From positions 1 through 62,713 of IMG/VR virus record IMGVR_UViG_3300044769_000040: a stretch of DNA of 62,713 nt, one strand, 5' to 3'. Positions 28,464 to 36,448 of the stretch are shown here, in pieces. A program made the translations under genes and the position numbers. Each line of letters starts with the position of its first letter. The first letter of the stretch is position 1. The notes beneath the pieces were generated by a model. The model made no database searches. It had not been told where the DNA came from and was given only the letters and a program-made list of their open reading frames with translations. Source of the DNA: a virus. Its lineage: Duplodnaviria; Caudoviricetes.

Positions 28464-28627
28464 GGACAGAAGACGAAGACACGTGGGAAGCAGAGTACTG
28501 GGACGAGTACCTGAAGGAGTTCGGCAGGGCCGCATATGTCGAATCTCGTTACGGAGTAGGGAAGGAGGAGTCGGAATGGACTCCGGAGGTTGGTCAACAG
28601 GAACAAGTCGTCCCCAACGCCGCGTAA
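28460..28627 (+). CDS. Small acidic hypothetical protein
   Basis: ATGA overlap; MRTEDEDTWEAEYW. Confidence 0.5.
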   Translation: MRTEDEDTWEAEYWDEYLKEFGRAAYVESRYGVGKEESEWTPEVGQQEQVVPNAA

Positions 28628-28728
28628 GGGTGACAAAGACCAAGGTCACCAAACGCGACAGGACGGACGAGATACTCCCACTCGACCCTCGAGACCCTGA
28701 CATCGTCCGGGCGAAGGGACTGAAGTGA
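28576..28728 (+). CDS. Small hypothetical protein (LPLDPRDPDIVRAK motif)
   Basis: SD AAGGAGG; 50 aa. Confidence 0.55.
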   Translation: MDSGGWSTGTSRPQRRVRVTKTKVTKRDRTDEILPLDPRDPDIVRAKGLK

Positions 28729-28731
28729 GCC

Positions 28732-28905
28732 ATGAACAACGTAGTGTACCACATGACGGTGAAGGAACCAGGACGGCACGCCTTCACCGAACACAAGTTC
28801 GTGTACGACTCGGAGACAGACGCTTGGGACGCGTACGTGAAGGCGACACAGGCGGGCTTCGAGGCGCGTGTGGAGAAGGTCGTCCGACGAAAGGTGGGTG
28901 TGTAG
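28732..28905 (+). CDS. Small hypothetical protein (57 aa)
   Basis: Manual translation MNNVVYHMTVKEPG...; fills the gap. Confidence 0.55.
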   Translation: MNNVVYHMTVKEPGRHAFTEHKFVYDSETDAWDAYVKATQAGFEARVEKVVRRKVGV

Positions 28906-29003
28906 TGAGCCTGAAGGGCAAGACACCACAACAGCGCCAGAAGGTGCTGAACAGGCGAGTCCGCAAACTGCAACGGCTGGCACGGCGCCGCAACAGGTCG
29001 TAA
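28905..29003 (+). CDS. Very basic 32-aa peptide
   Basis: MSLKGKTPQQRQKVLNRRVRKLQRLARRRNRS, coupled to previous stop. Confidence 0.4.
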   Translation: MSLKGKTPQQRQKVLNRRVRKLQRLARRRNRS

Positions 29004-29063
29004 GCGTTTGGTCATCCTCACAGAGGATGGCTATGGGTTTACGAACTAGGGAGGTGAAAACAA

Positions 29064-29387
29064 ATGCCTGAGTACAAGAAGGTCTACCCAGTAACGAACG
29101 ACCTACGGGAGCAGCTGAAGGAGCTTCTCGCGGCGGACCCGAAGTCGAGCCTAGCGTCCGATCGGAATCCCGAGTACAGTCGGGATCGTATCGTCGGCAC
29201 TGCACTAGAGTACATCGGCGAGTACGAACACGGGTCGGTCGACGTCTTGGACCTATTCAATGGTCTGTACTGGACGCCCGAGTCGAACGAGCAGGGTCTG
29301 AAGGTGATGGCCGTGGTGCTCGAGGACTTCGTCGGCTCATTGTTCATGGGCCTTGGAGGAACCAAAGAACGGGATTGGACGAACTGA
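29064..29387 (+). CDS. Hypothetical protein
   Basis: 107 aa, SD GGAGGTG. Confidence 0.75.
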   Translation: MPEYKKVYPVTNDLREQLKELLAADPKSSLASDRNPEYSRDRIVGTALEYIGEYEHGSVDVLDLFNGLYWTPESNEQGLKVMAVVLEDFVGSLFMGLGGTKERDWTN

Positions 29388-29428
29388 AGTTCCACGAAGG
29401 TCAACGAGTTGTTCCTAGAGGACAGGGG

Positions 29429-29458
29429 TTGATTCTTCCGAGTGGGCTGTGATATAAT
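29429..29458 (+). promoter_or_regulatory. SigA-like promoter TTGATT-18-TATAAT
   Basis: Promoter family match. Confidence 0.7.
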
Positions 29459-29481
29459 CAAGATAGGAGGTGAGACACCCC

Positions 29482-29763
29482 ATGGCCAATGGTGGACCTC
29501 AAGGGCACATGCACTCAGAGAACGATCCTGACGTGTGCTTCTGCGACGCAGGTGGTATGGACCCGAACGACGTGCTCGTCCAACAGTACGCCTATGAACT
29601 AGGTATCACTGACGAGGACAATTGGGACCTGATGGACGAACTACGCGAAGCCGTTGCTGGTGACGAAGACATCGTCACTGCACGTTCACAGACGTCCGCT
29701 CTCGAGGAGTTTGGTCCTAACGGACCCGACAGTGAACCTGATGACCCGAGGGCGTACGAGTAG
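29482..29763 (+). CDS. Acidic hypothetical protein
   Basis: SD GGAGGTG; Asp/Glu-rich. Confidence 0.7.
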   Translation: MANGGPQGHMHSENDPDVCFCDAGGMDPNDVLVQQYAYELGITDEDNWDLMDELREAVAGDEDIVTARSQTSALEEFGPNGPDSEPDDPRAYE

Positions 29764-29766
29764 GGA

Positions 29767-29817
29767 CTAACCTGCTGGGCTGGGTATTGGAGACAGTACC
29801 TACGCCCTGTGGGCTAG
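29767..29817 (+). other. Long intergenic hairpin with GAGA loop
   Basis: GGTATTG-GAGA-CAGTACC core with extended imperfect stem. Confidence 0.55.
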
Positions 29818-29854
29818 CAAAAGAAACACGCCCGCGGCAGATAGGGGGAAACAC

Positions 29855-30040
29855 ATGGCAAGGACCGTCATAAGGGTCGAAAGGCTTCCTGAGGTGCCCC
29901 CGAAGCTCGACGTCGCGTACCTGAAGTGGATTCGAGGGCGGGTCGCTGGGGGCAGTATCTCAGAGTCAGCAGCGATCGCAGGCATCAGGGCACGTGCACC
30001 GTACCTGTCACTGAAGCAGGCGAAGGTCAAACTGGGGTAG
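29855..30040 (+). CDS. Hypothetical protein
   Basis: 61 aa, SD. Confidence 0.6.
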   Translation: MARTVIRVERLPEVPPKLDVAYLKWIRGRVAGGSISESAAIAGIRARAPYLSLKQAKVKLG

Positions 30041-30128
30041 GTGCTTGAACGTCGTGCACAGGGAAGGACCGGTACCGGCTAGCCACCTACGGTGTAGGCA
30101 CCCGCTCCTGTGCACGGCCTTGAGGTAC
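30041..30128 (+). ncRNA. Structured RNA element, GAACGUC/GGCCUUG family copy 1
   Basis: GTGCTT-GAACGTC-GTGCACAGG...CCTGTGCAC-GGCCTTG-AGGTAC. Confidence 0.6.
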
Positions 30129-30153
30129 AAGCCTCAACCTAAGGAGGTGGATA

Positions 30154-30327
30154 ATGGCCGAGGCAGTGATTGGCAAGTTCACCAAGAGCGGTGAGACGAA
30201 GAACTTCGTCAAGTACTCGCGGGAGAACGAGCTGGGTCGCACGGAGACTCAGTACGTCTCGAACGCGAAGGCGGAGGAGCTGGGCAACCCGAACGAGGTC
30301 GAGGTTGTCATTCGGAACGTAACGTAG
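30154..30327 (+). CDS. Small hypothetical protein (57 aa)
   Basis: AAGGAGGTGG SD; MAEAVIGKFTKSGETKNFVKY. Confidence 0.7.
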   Translation: MAEAVIGKFTKSGETKNFVKYSRENELGRTETQYVSNAKAEELGNPNEVEVVIRNVT

Positions 30328-30344
30328 ACGGCAGCACCAAGAAC

Positions 30345-30484
30345 ATTGGGAGGCACGAGGCCCACCCTCCTCATCGGGGGCAACGATCATAACACTACGG
30401 CTTGGTCCGACCGTAGGGCCTCCCAATATCACCCTTCGTGGGTGACGGTCAGAGCCTAGCTCTTCAGGTCTGGGCTCCGGCCGT
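30345..30484 (+). ncRNA. Candidate structured RNA (multiloop plus two hairpins)
   Basis: ATTGGGAGGC/GCCTCCCAAT closing stem, CTACGG/CCGTAG, TCACCC/GGGTGA, ACGGTC/GGCCGT. Confidence 0.45.
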
Positions 30485-30504
30485 AGTCTACGAAAGAGGG
30501 AGAC

Positions 30505-30681
30505 ATGGGAGAACTTGTGTGGACGGAGAACTGGAAGAAGCTGAAGGAGGCTGGACTCACATTCAAACAGGCGAAGCTGGTTCACAGTTTTCTCGACCAG
30601 CAAAGCGTCTTCGGATACCAGTGGGTATCCGACTCAGCCTGGCGCCAGCTCGAAGAGGTGTACAGCGAAGTCCGAGTCTAA
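30505..30681 (+). CDS. Small hypothetical protein (58 aa)
   Basis: SD GAGGGAG; MGELVWTENWKKLKEAG. Confidence 0.65.
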   Translation: MGELVWTENWKKLKEAGLTFKQAKLVHSFLDQQSVFGYQWVSDSAWRQLEEVYSEVRV

Positions 30682-30780
30682 CGAAGGATTGAACGTCTGG
30701 CACAGACGACGCGAGCGTCTTCTTCCTCCGGCCATGGGGTGCGAGACGCTTTCCGGATGTGCCAGGCCTTGAATCCTTCG
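30682..30780 (+). ncRNA. Structured RNA element, GAACGUC/GGCCUUG family copy 2
   Basis: CGAAGGATT-GAACGTC-TGGCACA...TGTGCCA-GGCCTTG-AATCCTTCG. Confidence 0.6.
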
Positions 30781-30822
30781 ACTAGGGAGGTGGTCATGCG
30801 GGCCAATGGTAGCTAAAGGGCC

Positions 30823-30938
30823 CTGTGCCCAGCGTCGTACACGGTTAGACGTATCCATTGGGGATATAAACCAGGAGCGTCGTGGGAAAGTCGACGCAGT
30901 CAAGCTCCTGTACATACCGTGTGCGGCGCTAGGGACAG
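30823..30938 (+). ncRNA. Candidate structured RNA, divergent relative of the family
   Basis: AGCGTCGTACACGGT/ACCGTGTGCGGCGCT closing helix around internal hairpins. Confidence 0.5.
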
Positions 30939-30985
30939 CGGCTAAACGAGCTAACGCCCTATATAACAGGACTAAAGGGGGTCAG

Positions 30986-31216
30986 ATGGACAGACCAGGC
31001 ATCAACGCAGGAACAGGTAGTCCAGCAATGCGTTGCGTCTACGTTGATTGGGTCCGAGACGAAGCAAAGGCGGCTTTCGACTGGGACACAGAAGTGTGTG
31101 GACGACCTGGAGTAGGGATGTACGAACAGAAGCCGTACTGCGACGAGCACATGAGGGAGGTGGAAAAAGCATATTGGGCACGGCAACGAAACGACCAAGC
31201 CTCACAGGCCGACTAA
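30986..31216 (+). CDS. Hypothetical Cys-containing protein
   Basis: Start re-called after AAAGGGGG; C...C...YCDEH. Confidence 0.6.
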   Translation: MDRPGINAGTGSPAMRCVYVDWVRDEAKAAFDWDTEVCGRPGVGMYEQKPYCDEHMREVEKAYWARQRNDQASQAD

Positions 31217-31383
31217 CTGAACCGAGGGTGCTGGCGAACACGAAACGTCTTGCACGACTTGTTCTCCAAAACGAAGATCCACAGTCGGTCCAGTACGAGG
31301 ACTACATCTCAGGTCGACGGTACGTGATCCACCTCAGCAACAACCATCGCCTCGAGTTGTTCGTCCCGTTCGAAGTGAACTAA
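31174..31383 (+). CDS. Hypothetical protein (start uncertain)
   Basis: 3' part of ORF 31048..31383 fills the gap before a promoter. Confidence 0.45.
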   Translation: MGTATKRPSLTGRLTEPRVLANTKRLARLVLQNEDPQSVQYEDYISGRRYVIHLSNNHRLELFVPFEVN

Positions 31384-31413
31384 AGGAATTCGGAAAAGAT
31401 TCCAGGATTGGTC

Positions 31414-31443
31414 TTGCCTTTGCCCTTTGGGGTGTCATATAAT
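31414..31443 (+). promoter_or_regulatory. SigA-like promoter TTGCCT-18-TATAAT
   Basis: Promoter family match. Confidence 0.7.
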
Positions 31444-31496
31444 TGGGTAAGAGCAAGAAAGGTACCAACCGATTTGTACGAGAGGAGGTGACAACC

Positions 31497-31781
31497 ATGG
31501 CGCGCAGCAACGGCAACGGCGAGACTCAGGAGCCCGCGGTCGACAGCAACATCGTTACCCCGGTCGCCCTCGCCAAGGAGCTGGGTATCCGTCCGCAGAT
31601 CGTGTTCGGATGGACCCGCAGCGGCAAGCTGCCTGTGCACTACTGCGTCTGCAGCCACCAGTACGTCCAGCGGGACGAGGTGGCGGAGTTCCTTGCAGAG
31701 CGGGAGGCGGCCAAGCTGGCCAAGGAGGCCAAGATCGCCGAAGAGCTCGAAGCAGAGCAGGCGGAGGCGATCGCCGTCTAA
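31497..31781 (+). CDS. MerR/Xis-like HTH protein
   Basis: TPVALAKELGIRPQIVFGWTRSGKL; strong SD. Confidence 0.8.
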   Translation: MARSNGNGETQEPAVDSNIVTPVALAKELGIRPQIVFGWTRSGKLPVHYCVCSHQYVQRDEVAEFLAEREAAKLAKEAKIAEELEAEQAEAIAV

Positions 31782-31783
31782 AG

Positions 31784-31844
31784 CCAACCTCAACTGAAGG
31801 GCTCGGGACACAGAGAAGGTTCCGAGCCCTTTGGTGGACGTTGG
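31784..31844 (+). other. Long intergenic hairpin
   Basis: ACTGAAGGGCTCGGGA/TTCCGAGCCCTTTGGT stem. Confidence 0.6.
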
Positions 31845-31851
31845 AGGGAAC

Positions 31852-32322
31852 ATGACTGAAGCATATGGATTCACCGGTACCCGAAAGGGTATGACGGGCG
31901 CGCAGCGGAGACACGTGCGCGCGATGCTTCAGTCTGCTCGAGAACTACACCACGGAGACGCCATAGGTGCTGACGCTGACACGTCTATGGCTGCTCACCT
32001 CGAGAACGCTCAGAGGGCCTCTGTCGATGAAACCCCGATTGTCATCTGGGTACACCCTCCGATCGACGACAAGTACAGGGCGTATTGCAAAGGAGATGTC
32101 TGGCTTTCGCCTAAGCCGTACTTGGAACGGAACGCCGACATCGTCAACATGCTCCCACCTGGGGGTCAGGTGATTGCCACGCCGCGCCAACTTCGTAACA
32201 AGGAACCACAGGGATATCTACGCGGTGAGGGGACATGGTGGACAGTCCGTTACGCACTCAATGCAAATCGGCCTGTACACATTATCTACCCAGATGGCGT
32301 CTACGAACTGAGGACACCATGA
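31852..32322 (+). CDS. SLOG-family (DprA/YspA-like) nucleotide-binding protein
   Basis: GFTGTR, HHGDAIGAD, ERNADIV, GTWWTVRYA motifs. Confidence 0.75.
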   Translation: MTEAYGFTGTRKGMTGAQRRHVRAMLQSARELHHGDAIGADADTSMAAHLENAQRASVDETPIVIWVHPPIDDKYRAYCKGDVWLSPKPYLERNADIVNMLPPGGQVIATPRQLRNKEPQGYLRGEGTWWTVRYALNANRPVHIIYPDGVYELRTP

Positions 32323-32510
32323 AGCCAGGCGAAGAAGAATGCACGGATCCTAAGGGTCGAGAGCTGGTGTCGATTGACATCGACATCAAGCCTATTCCAA
32401 GGCACGACCTTGCCCTCATAGTCACCGGTATGTGTACACGATGCGGGGGCATCGACGAGGAACGCATACACGAGTACATGCAGAACGTTCCCAAACCGTT
32501 CAAGCGATGA
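32319..32510 (+). CDS. Hypothetical protein
   Basis: ATGA overlap; CTRC. Confidence 0.55.
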   Translation: MKPGEEECTDPKGRELVSIDIDIKPIPRHDLALIVTGMCTRCGGIDEERIHEYMQNVPKPFKR

Positions 32511-32523
32511 GGGAGGTGAGCAC

Positions 32524-32718
32524 GTGGAAGAGGTATACTACGGACTCGACCAGACCGATAACACGGTCTACAAAGTCACACTGCAGTGGGAGGTCGACGA
32601 AGCAGGAGTCAAGACAGGTCGGCCTGACGTGATCGTCGAACCGATTGCCGAGTTCGAACGACGGGACAACGCGAAGGCGTTCGTCCGAGCCTGGAACCAA
32701 GACACAGGTCCGGACTAG
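32524..32718 (+). CDS. Hypothetical protein
   Basis: 64 aa, SD GGAGGTG. Confidence 0.65.
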   Translation: MEEVYYGLDQTDNTVYKVTLQWEVDEAGVKTGRPDVIVEPIAEFERRDNAKAFVRAWNQDTGPD

Positions 32719-32762
32719 TACTGAACGCCTACACGAGTCCAAGAAGGAAGGGAGGTGATTAC

Positions 32763-33080
32763 ATGGGACAGCACGAGCACAAGTCGAAGCGGGGCGTCTG
32801 GGCGCACGATGACCATTCGTCGATGCCTAGAGGCCACGGACACGGCGGTGCCAAGTACGTTGGTCCAGTCGAAGAGGCTAACGTCGCCGCTGAGCCGGTA
32901 GACCTGACTGAGGAGAGCCTTTCGGGAGGAGGGGATATCATCCTGACACTTGCCATCAAGTGCAGGGATGACGAGGACGTGAGTGACCTCACCTATCTGC
33001 TCTTCGGGCCGTACGACGACGCGAAGAACTTCGGCGAGTTCGTATCACAGCACCAGTTCATTATCACGAGGGAGGGTTGA
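32763..33080 (+). CDS. Hypothetical protein, His-rich N-terminus
   Basis: 105 aa, SD GGAGGTG. Confidence 0.65.
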   Translation: MGQHEHKSKRGVWAHDDHSSMPRGHGHGGAKYVGPVEEANVAAEPVDLTEESLSGGGDIILTLAIKCRDDEDVSDLTYLLFGPYDDAKNFGEFVSQHQFIITREG

Positions 33081-33280
33081 TGGCACTCGGCGTCTGTGAG
33101 GTCCATGGAGGTGAGCCGACGGAAGTCGAGCACATCCAATTCTGTGGCGAGTCCGTCAAAGTCTGCCTATCCTGCTTGGAGACACAGACAGGCACGTCAA
33201 GCAAAGCCGAGTTCCAGGACATACAAGACGACAGGTACTACGAGTACAAGACTAAGCTGCTGGAGGCGGCAGGTAAGTAG
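33077..33280 (+). CDS. Hypothetical Zn-finger-like protein
   Basis: CEVH...CLSC. Confidence 0.6.
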   Translation: MMALGVCEVHGGEPTEVEHIQFCGESVKVCLSCLETQTGTSSKAEFQDIQDDRYYEYKTKLLEAAGK

Positions 33281-33423
33281 TACCTCGAACGTCCTGCACA
33301 GGTCAGGTAGACCCCCGTGGAGAATCTACGCCACTAAGTGGAGAACCGTAGCCACGTCTAAGGGGTTCAATACGGCTCGAGTGGATGGAAGGTCCACGCC
33401 TGTGCAGGGCCTTGGAGGTACTA
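33278..33423 (+). ncRNA. Structured RNA element, GAACGUC/GGCCUUG family copy 3
   Basis: TAGTACCTC-GAACGTC-CTGCACAGG...CCTGTGCAG-GGCCTTG-GAGGTACTA. Confidence 0.65.
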
Positions 33424-33439
33424 ATCAAACGGAGGACAC

Positions 33440-33574
33440 ATGAGAGACCCAGGGCCACCTGAACACGAAGACCCACTAGCACCAGCGAGGGGATGTCTCT
33501 TCGGCATTCTGTTTAGTGTCCTGATCGTCATGGCAGTCTTGTTCGTTCTCTTTGTACTAGCAGTAAGGGGGTGA
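33440..33574 (+). CDS. Small membrane protein (44 aa)
   Basis: SD GGAGG; single hydrophobic helix. Confidence 0.6.
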   Translation: MRDPGPPEHEDPLAPARGCLFGILFSVLIVMAVLFVLFVLAVRG

Positions 33575-33575
33575 C

Positions 33576-33764
33576 ATGCCGAAGAGCAGAACACATGCGA
33601 AGCGCCGAGCAAGGCAGAAGGGTGTTCCACATGATCACAGGCACTACGTCCCAGGATGTATGCGCTGCGAACTAAGCAAGGACGAAGTGCAACCGGCCAA
33701 GAGGGTTCAGGCGGAGGAGCCCAAGGAGAGTTACACGATTGACGACATCTCCGGACGAGCTTGA
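33576..33764 (+). CDS. Hypothetical protein
   Basis: 62 aa; HDH...CMRC. Confidence 0.55.
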   Translation: MPKSRTHAKRRARQKGVPHDHRHYVPGCMRCELSKDEVQPAKRVQAEEPKESYTIDDISGRA

Positions 33765-34113
33765 GGAAGAACTGGAAGAACTGATGGCAGACCTACCGAA
33801 CGAACCGGAAGAGATCGAGGCAGAGCTCAAGCTTCACATGCAACAGTACGAGGAGCTGAAGGACAGCTGGCGTAAGAAGGACCGGCTTCAAGCCCAGTAC
33901 CATCTCGGGCACGTCGCCGGTATCATAAAGACGTTGATGGCACTCGGGCACACGGACTGGATGAACCAGATCATAGACGAGTTGCAAGTCGAGTCCGATG
34001 AGCAGTGGCTCCAGACCGAAGGTGGGAAGGCGATGACCGCAGGCGATGAATGGATGGGTCGTCAGGTCTATCGCATGTCCCGCGGTCGCGAACCGTACCC
34101 AGGTAAGGGATGA
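33739..34113 (+). CDS. Hypothetical protein
   Basis: 124 aa helical; SD AAGGAG. Confidence 0.65.
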   Translation: MTTSPDELEEELEELMADLPNEPEEIEAELKLHMQQYEELKDSWRKKDRLQAQYHLGHVAGIIKTLMALGHTDWMNQIIDELQVESDEQWLQTEGGKAMTAGDEWMGRQVYRMSRGREPYPGKG

Positions 34114-34152
34114 TGACATATTGGCACACACAGGCACCCTGCGTTAGGGATC

Positions 34153-34452
34153 GTGATCGCCTGGCTAGAAACCAGGGAGGATGATGTGGATGAGCTCCTA
34201 GGCATCCACGGGACAGACAAGACAGTCGACGTCGAGGAGATGCTGGTCTCCATTCGAGACCTAGTCAACTTCTCTTCGTGGCTGGCTCTGCAGGCCTACT
34301 CGGAGAGGCATCCTGACACCATCGCACATGAAGACTTCCCAGAACATGTCGCACACGCGATCGGGGTTCTCAAGGACATGGCTCTGCAGATGCCACTAGT
34401 AGACGTCGAAGGAGATGATGATGTCCCAGGAGGAGGCAACGGCGGCAGTTGA
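34153..34452 (+). CDS. Hypothetical protein
   Basis: 99 aa; start uncertain. Confidence 0.55.
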   Translation: MIAWLETREDDVDELLGIHGTDKTVDVEEMLVSIRDLVNFSSWLALQAYSERHPDTIAHEDFPEHVAHAIGVLKDMALQMPLVDVEGDDDVPGGGNGGS

Positions 34453-34597
34453 CAAGTTCAGCCGTCACGTGCAAGCATGCTTTACCTGCCAACCTCTTTG
34501 GAACGTATACTGTGACGAGGGAGTCAGACTGAACGACGAAGCCAACGAGCAGGCAGCCCTATGGATAAAGGAACAGACCCGCCGTAGGCGAGGTTGA
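34415..34597 (+). CDS. Hypothetical protein
   Basis: 60 aa; H...CFTC...C. Confidence 0.55.
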   Translation: MMMSQEEATAAVDKFSRHVQACFTCQPLWNVYCDEGVRLNDEANEQAALWIKEQTRRRRG

Positions 34598-34622
34598 TTG
34601 TGTCTAAGGGTTGCTATAGAAT
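34594..34622 (+). promoter_or_regulatory. SigA-like promoter TTGATT-17-TAGAAT
   Basis: Promoter family match. Confidence 0.7.
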
Positions 34623-34632
34623 TGGAGATAGT

Positions 34633-34902
34633 ATGGAAGAGAAGGATGTCATCGTCACCAAACCTTTCATGGGAGTAGACTGGGGCATCTGGGGCCTCTG
34701 TCACATGCAAGTGTGTGCTCATGGTGAAGTACCCCCTGAGCGGATTGAGGAAGTTGCCAACCTAGAGAATCCGCCAGGCAGTTCTGCACCATGGTCAATC
34801 ACCAACGAGTTCGACCCTGGTGACGGTCTCGAACCTGTTGACCTATCACCAGTGCAGTGCGAGGACAATCCAGTGCGACTCCACTACATGTTGAGCTGCT
34901 GA
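34633..34902 (+). CDS. Hypothetical protein
   Basis: MQVCA...PVQC...HYMLSC; just downstream of promoter. Confidence 0.65.
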   Translation: MEEKDVIVTKPFMGVDWGIWGLCHMQVCAHGEVPPERIEEVANLENPPGSSAPWSITNEFDPGDGLEPVDLSPVQCEDNPVRLHYMLSC

Positions 34903-35045
34903 TGAAAGTCTGGGTCGAGATTGACCGAGGTGGCATCACGGAGACCCGTGCAGTTAGTGGCACTAAGGAAGAGGTAGAGGATCAACTCGCTCACTGGATA
35001 CGTCAGTACGGTCAAGAGAACGTGAAGGTGGTGAAGGATGGATGA
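34902..35045 (+). CDS. Small hypothetical protein
   Basis: TGATG coupling. Confidence 0.55.
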   Translation: MKVWVEIDRGGITETRAVSGTKEEVEDQLAHWIRQYGQENVKVVKDG

Positions 35046-35730
35046 GCCTGATGGTTGGCCTTACGGAGATGATGACGTGGAGCTAACACAGGAACAGATA
35101 GGGTACACGTCGGAGCGTGTAGGGGGAATCTGGACCCTCACGGTCCTGTGTGTAGCCGAAACACCAGATGGAGGTAAGACGACAAGTGCGTGGACCCCGT
35201 TCCAGGAGGAAAGCGAGGAAGCAGTTGTACAAGCTGCAACACGGAGATGGCCAGAGCTCAAGGTTGTTTCCCAGTTCGAGTGGGACAAAGTCTTCTTCAA
35301 GAAGTGGGGAGGAGGACGCCCCTCCAGTTTCCTTGGAGGCACGGGCAAGCGGGTGGCAGCCGAGCGAGGGTCAAGGGGTGGTTTTGGGCGCATGGCTCCA
35401 CAGGGGTCACCGGGGCTTAGTGCTGCAGGTCTACCCGAAACATGGGGAACACGTACGAGTTCTGTGTCTCGAGGACGGTCGGGAAGTAACAGTGCACGCT
35501 CGACTGTTGATGCGAGCACAGTAGTAGCCAAGGCCAAAGATGGTAGCTGGCCCCTTGATGAGTGGGTACCGATTGTACAGCTCGCCAAGAGACTTGGCTA
35601 CCCTCCGCAGTACTTGTACAACGCAGTGTACCACGGCAAGATAAAGACACAGGGCGAACGTCCTAAGAAGGCTCTGTGGAAGGATGTCTTGGCCAAGTAC
35701 CGCCCTGACATCCTAAAGGAGGTGAGGTAG
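35038..35730 (+). CDS. Protein with C-terminal MerR/Xis-like HTH
   Basis: PIVQLAKRLGYPPQYLYNAVYHGKI. Confidence 0.7.
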   Translation: MDEPDGWPYGDDDVELTQEQIGYTSERVGGIWTLTVLCVAETPDGGKTTSAWTPFQEESEEAVVQAATRRWPELKVVSQFEWDKVFFKKWGGGRPSSFLGGTGKRVAAERGSRGGFGRMAPQGSPGLSAAGLPETWGTRTSSVSRGRSGSNSARSTVDASTVVAKAKDGSWPLDEWVPIVQLAKRLGYPPQYLYNAVYHGKIKTQGERPKKALWKDVLAKYRPDILKEVR

Positions 35731-35773
35731 AGTATAGTGCTACACTGTCTCGACACCTTGAAAGGGGTGACAA

Positions 35774-36397
35774 TTGAAGAAGGTTCTGGCAGTAATGACA
35801 GCTGTTACTGCCGTTGTCGTAATCGGACTAGCGCTGCTACCAGCAGCGTCAGCCGATGCGGAGGCGAACAATTGGTTCGTTTGCAAGTACGTCGGGCCAC
35901 CGGGTACACCAGATGAGACACTGGCAGGTGGGAACAATCCGATCTTCGTGGACGAGAATGCCATCGACGTTTCCCCAGTAGTTATTGGGGCGACGTTCGG
36001 TGACGCTCAGACCCATTCGGTCGTGATTGCTGGCCCATTCAGTCCAACCGATAAGCCAGACCCAGAGCCGACGTGCCCGACGACAACGACAACGACAACG
36101 ACAGTACCACCGCCTACGACAACAGCTCCACCACCGCCAGTAACATCTTGCCCTGGCAAGGTGAAGCTCGGACCGTGGTATGGAGATCCGCAGATCAACA
36201 TCACGTTGACCGGCAAGGGGACGTTCGTAGTCAGTGGAGGGAAGCAAAGGTTCAGCGGCATCCACAAATTCACGGAGACGTTGGACTGTAATGTAACGTT
36301 CAAGATTGGCCGCTACAAGGTTAGTCGCGGACACTTCTTGACGATCACGCAAGACGGCGTAGTGGTGGTGCATCAGAAGCCGCCACGGTTCAACTAG
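35774..36397 (+). CDS. Secreted protein with Thr/Pro linker
   Basis: Signal peptide ending ASA; WFVCKYVGPPG; PTTTTTTTTVPPP. Confidence 0.75.
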   Translation: MKKVLAVMTAVTAVVVIGLALLPAASADAEANNWFVCKYVGPPGTPDETLAGGNNPIFVDENAIDVSPVVIGATFGDAQTHSVVIAGPFSPTDKPDPEPTCPTTTTTTTTVPPPTTTAPPPPVTSCPGKVKLGPWYGDPQINITLTGKGTFVVSGGKQRFSGIHKFTETLDCNVTFKIGRYKVSRGHFLTITQDGVVVVHQKPPRFN

Positions 36398-36448
36398 TCG
36401 CTTGCGTCTCAGGCTCTCGAAAGAGAGTCTGGGGCGGAGGTGATAACA

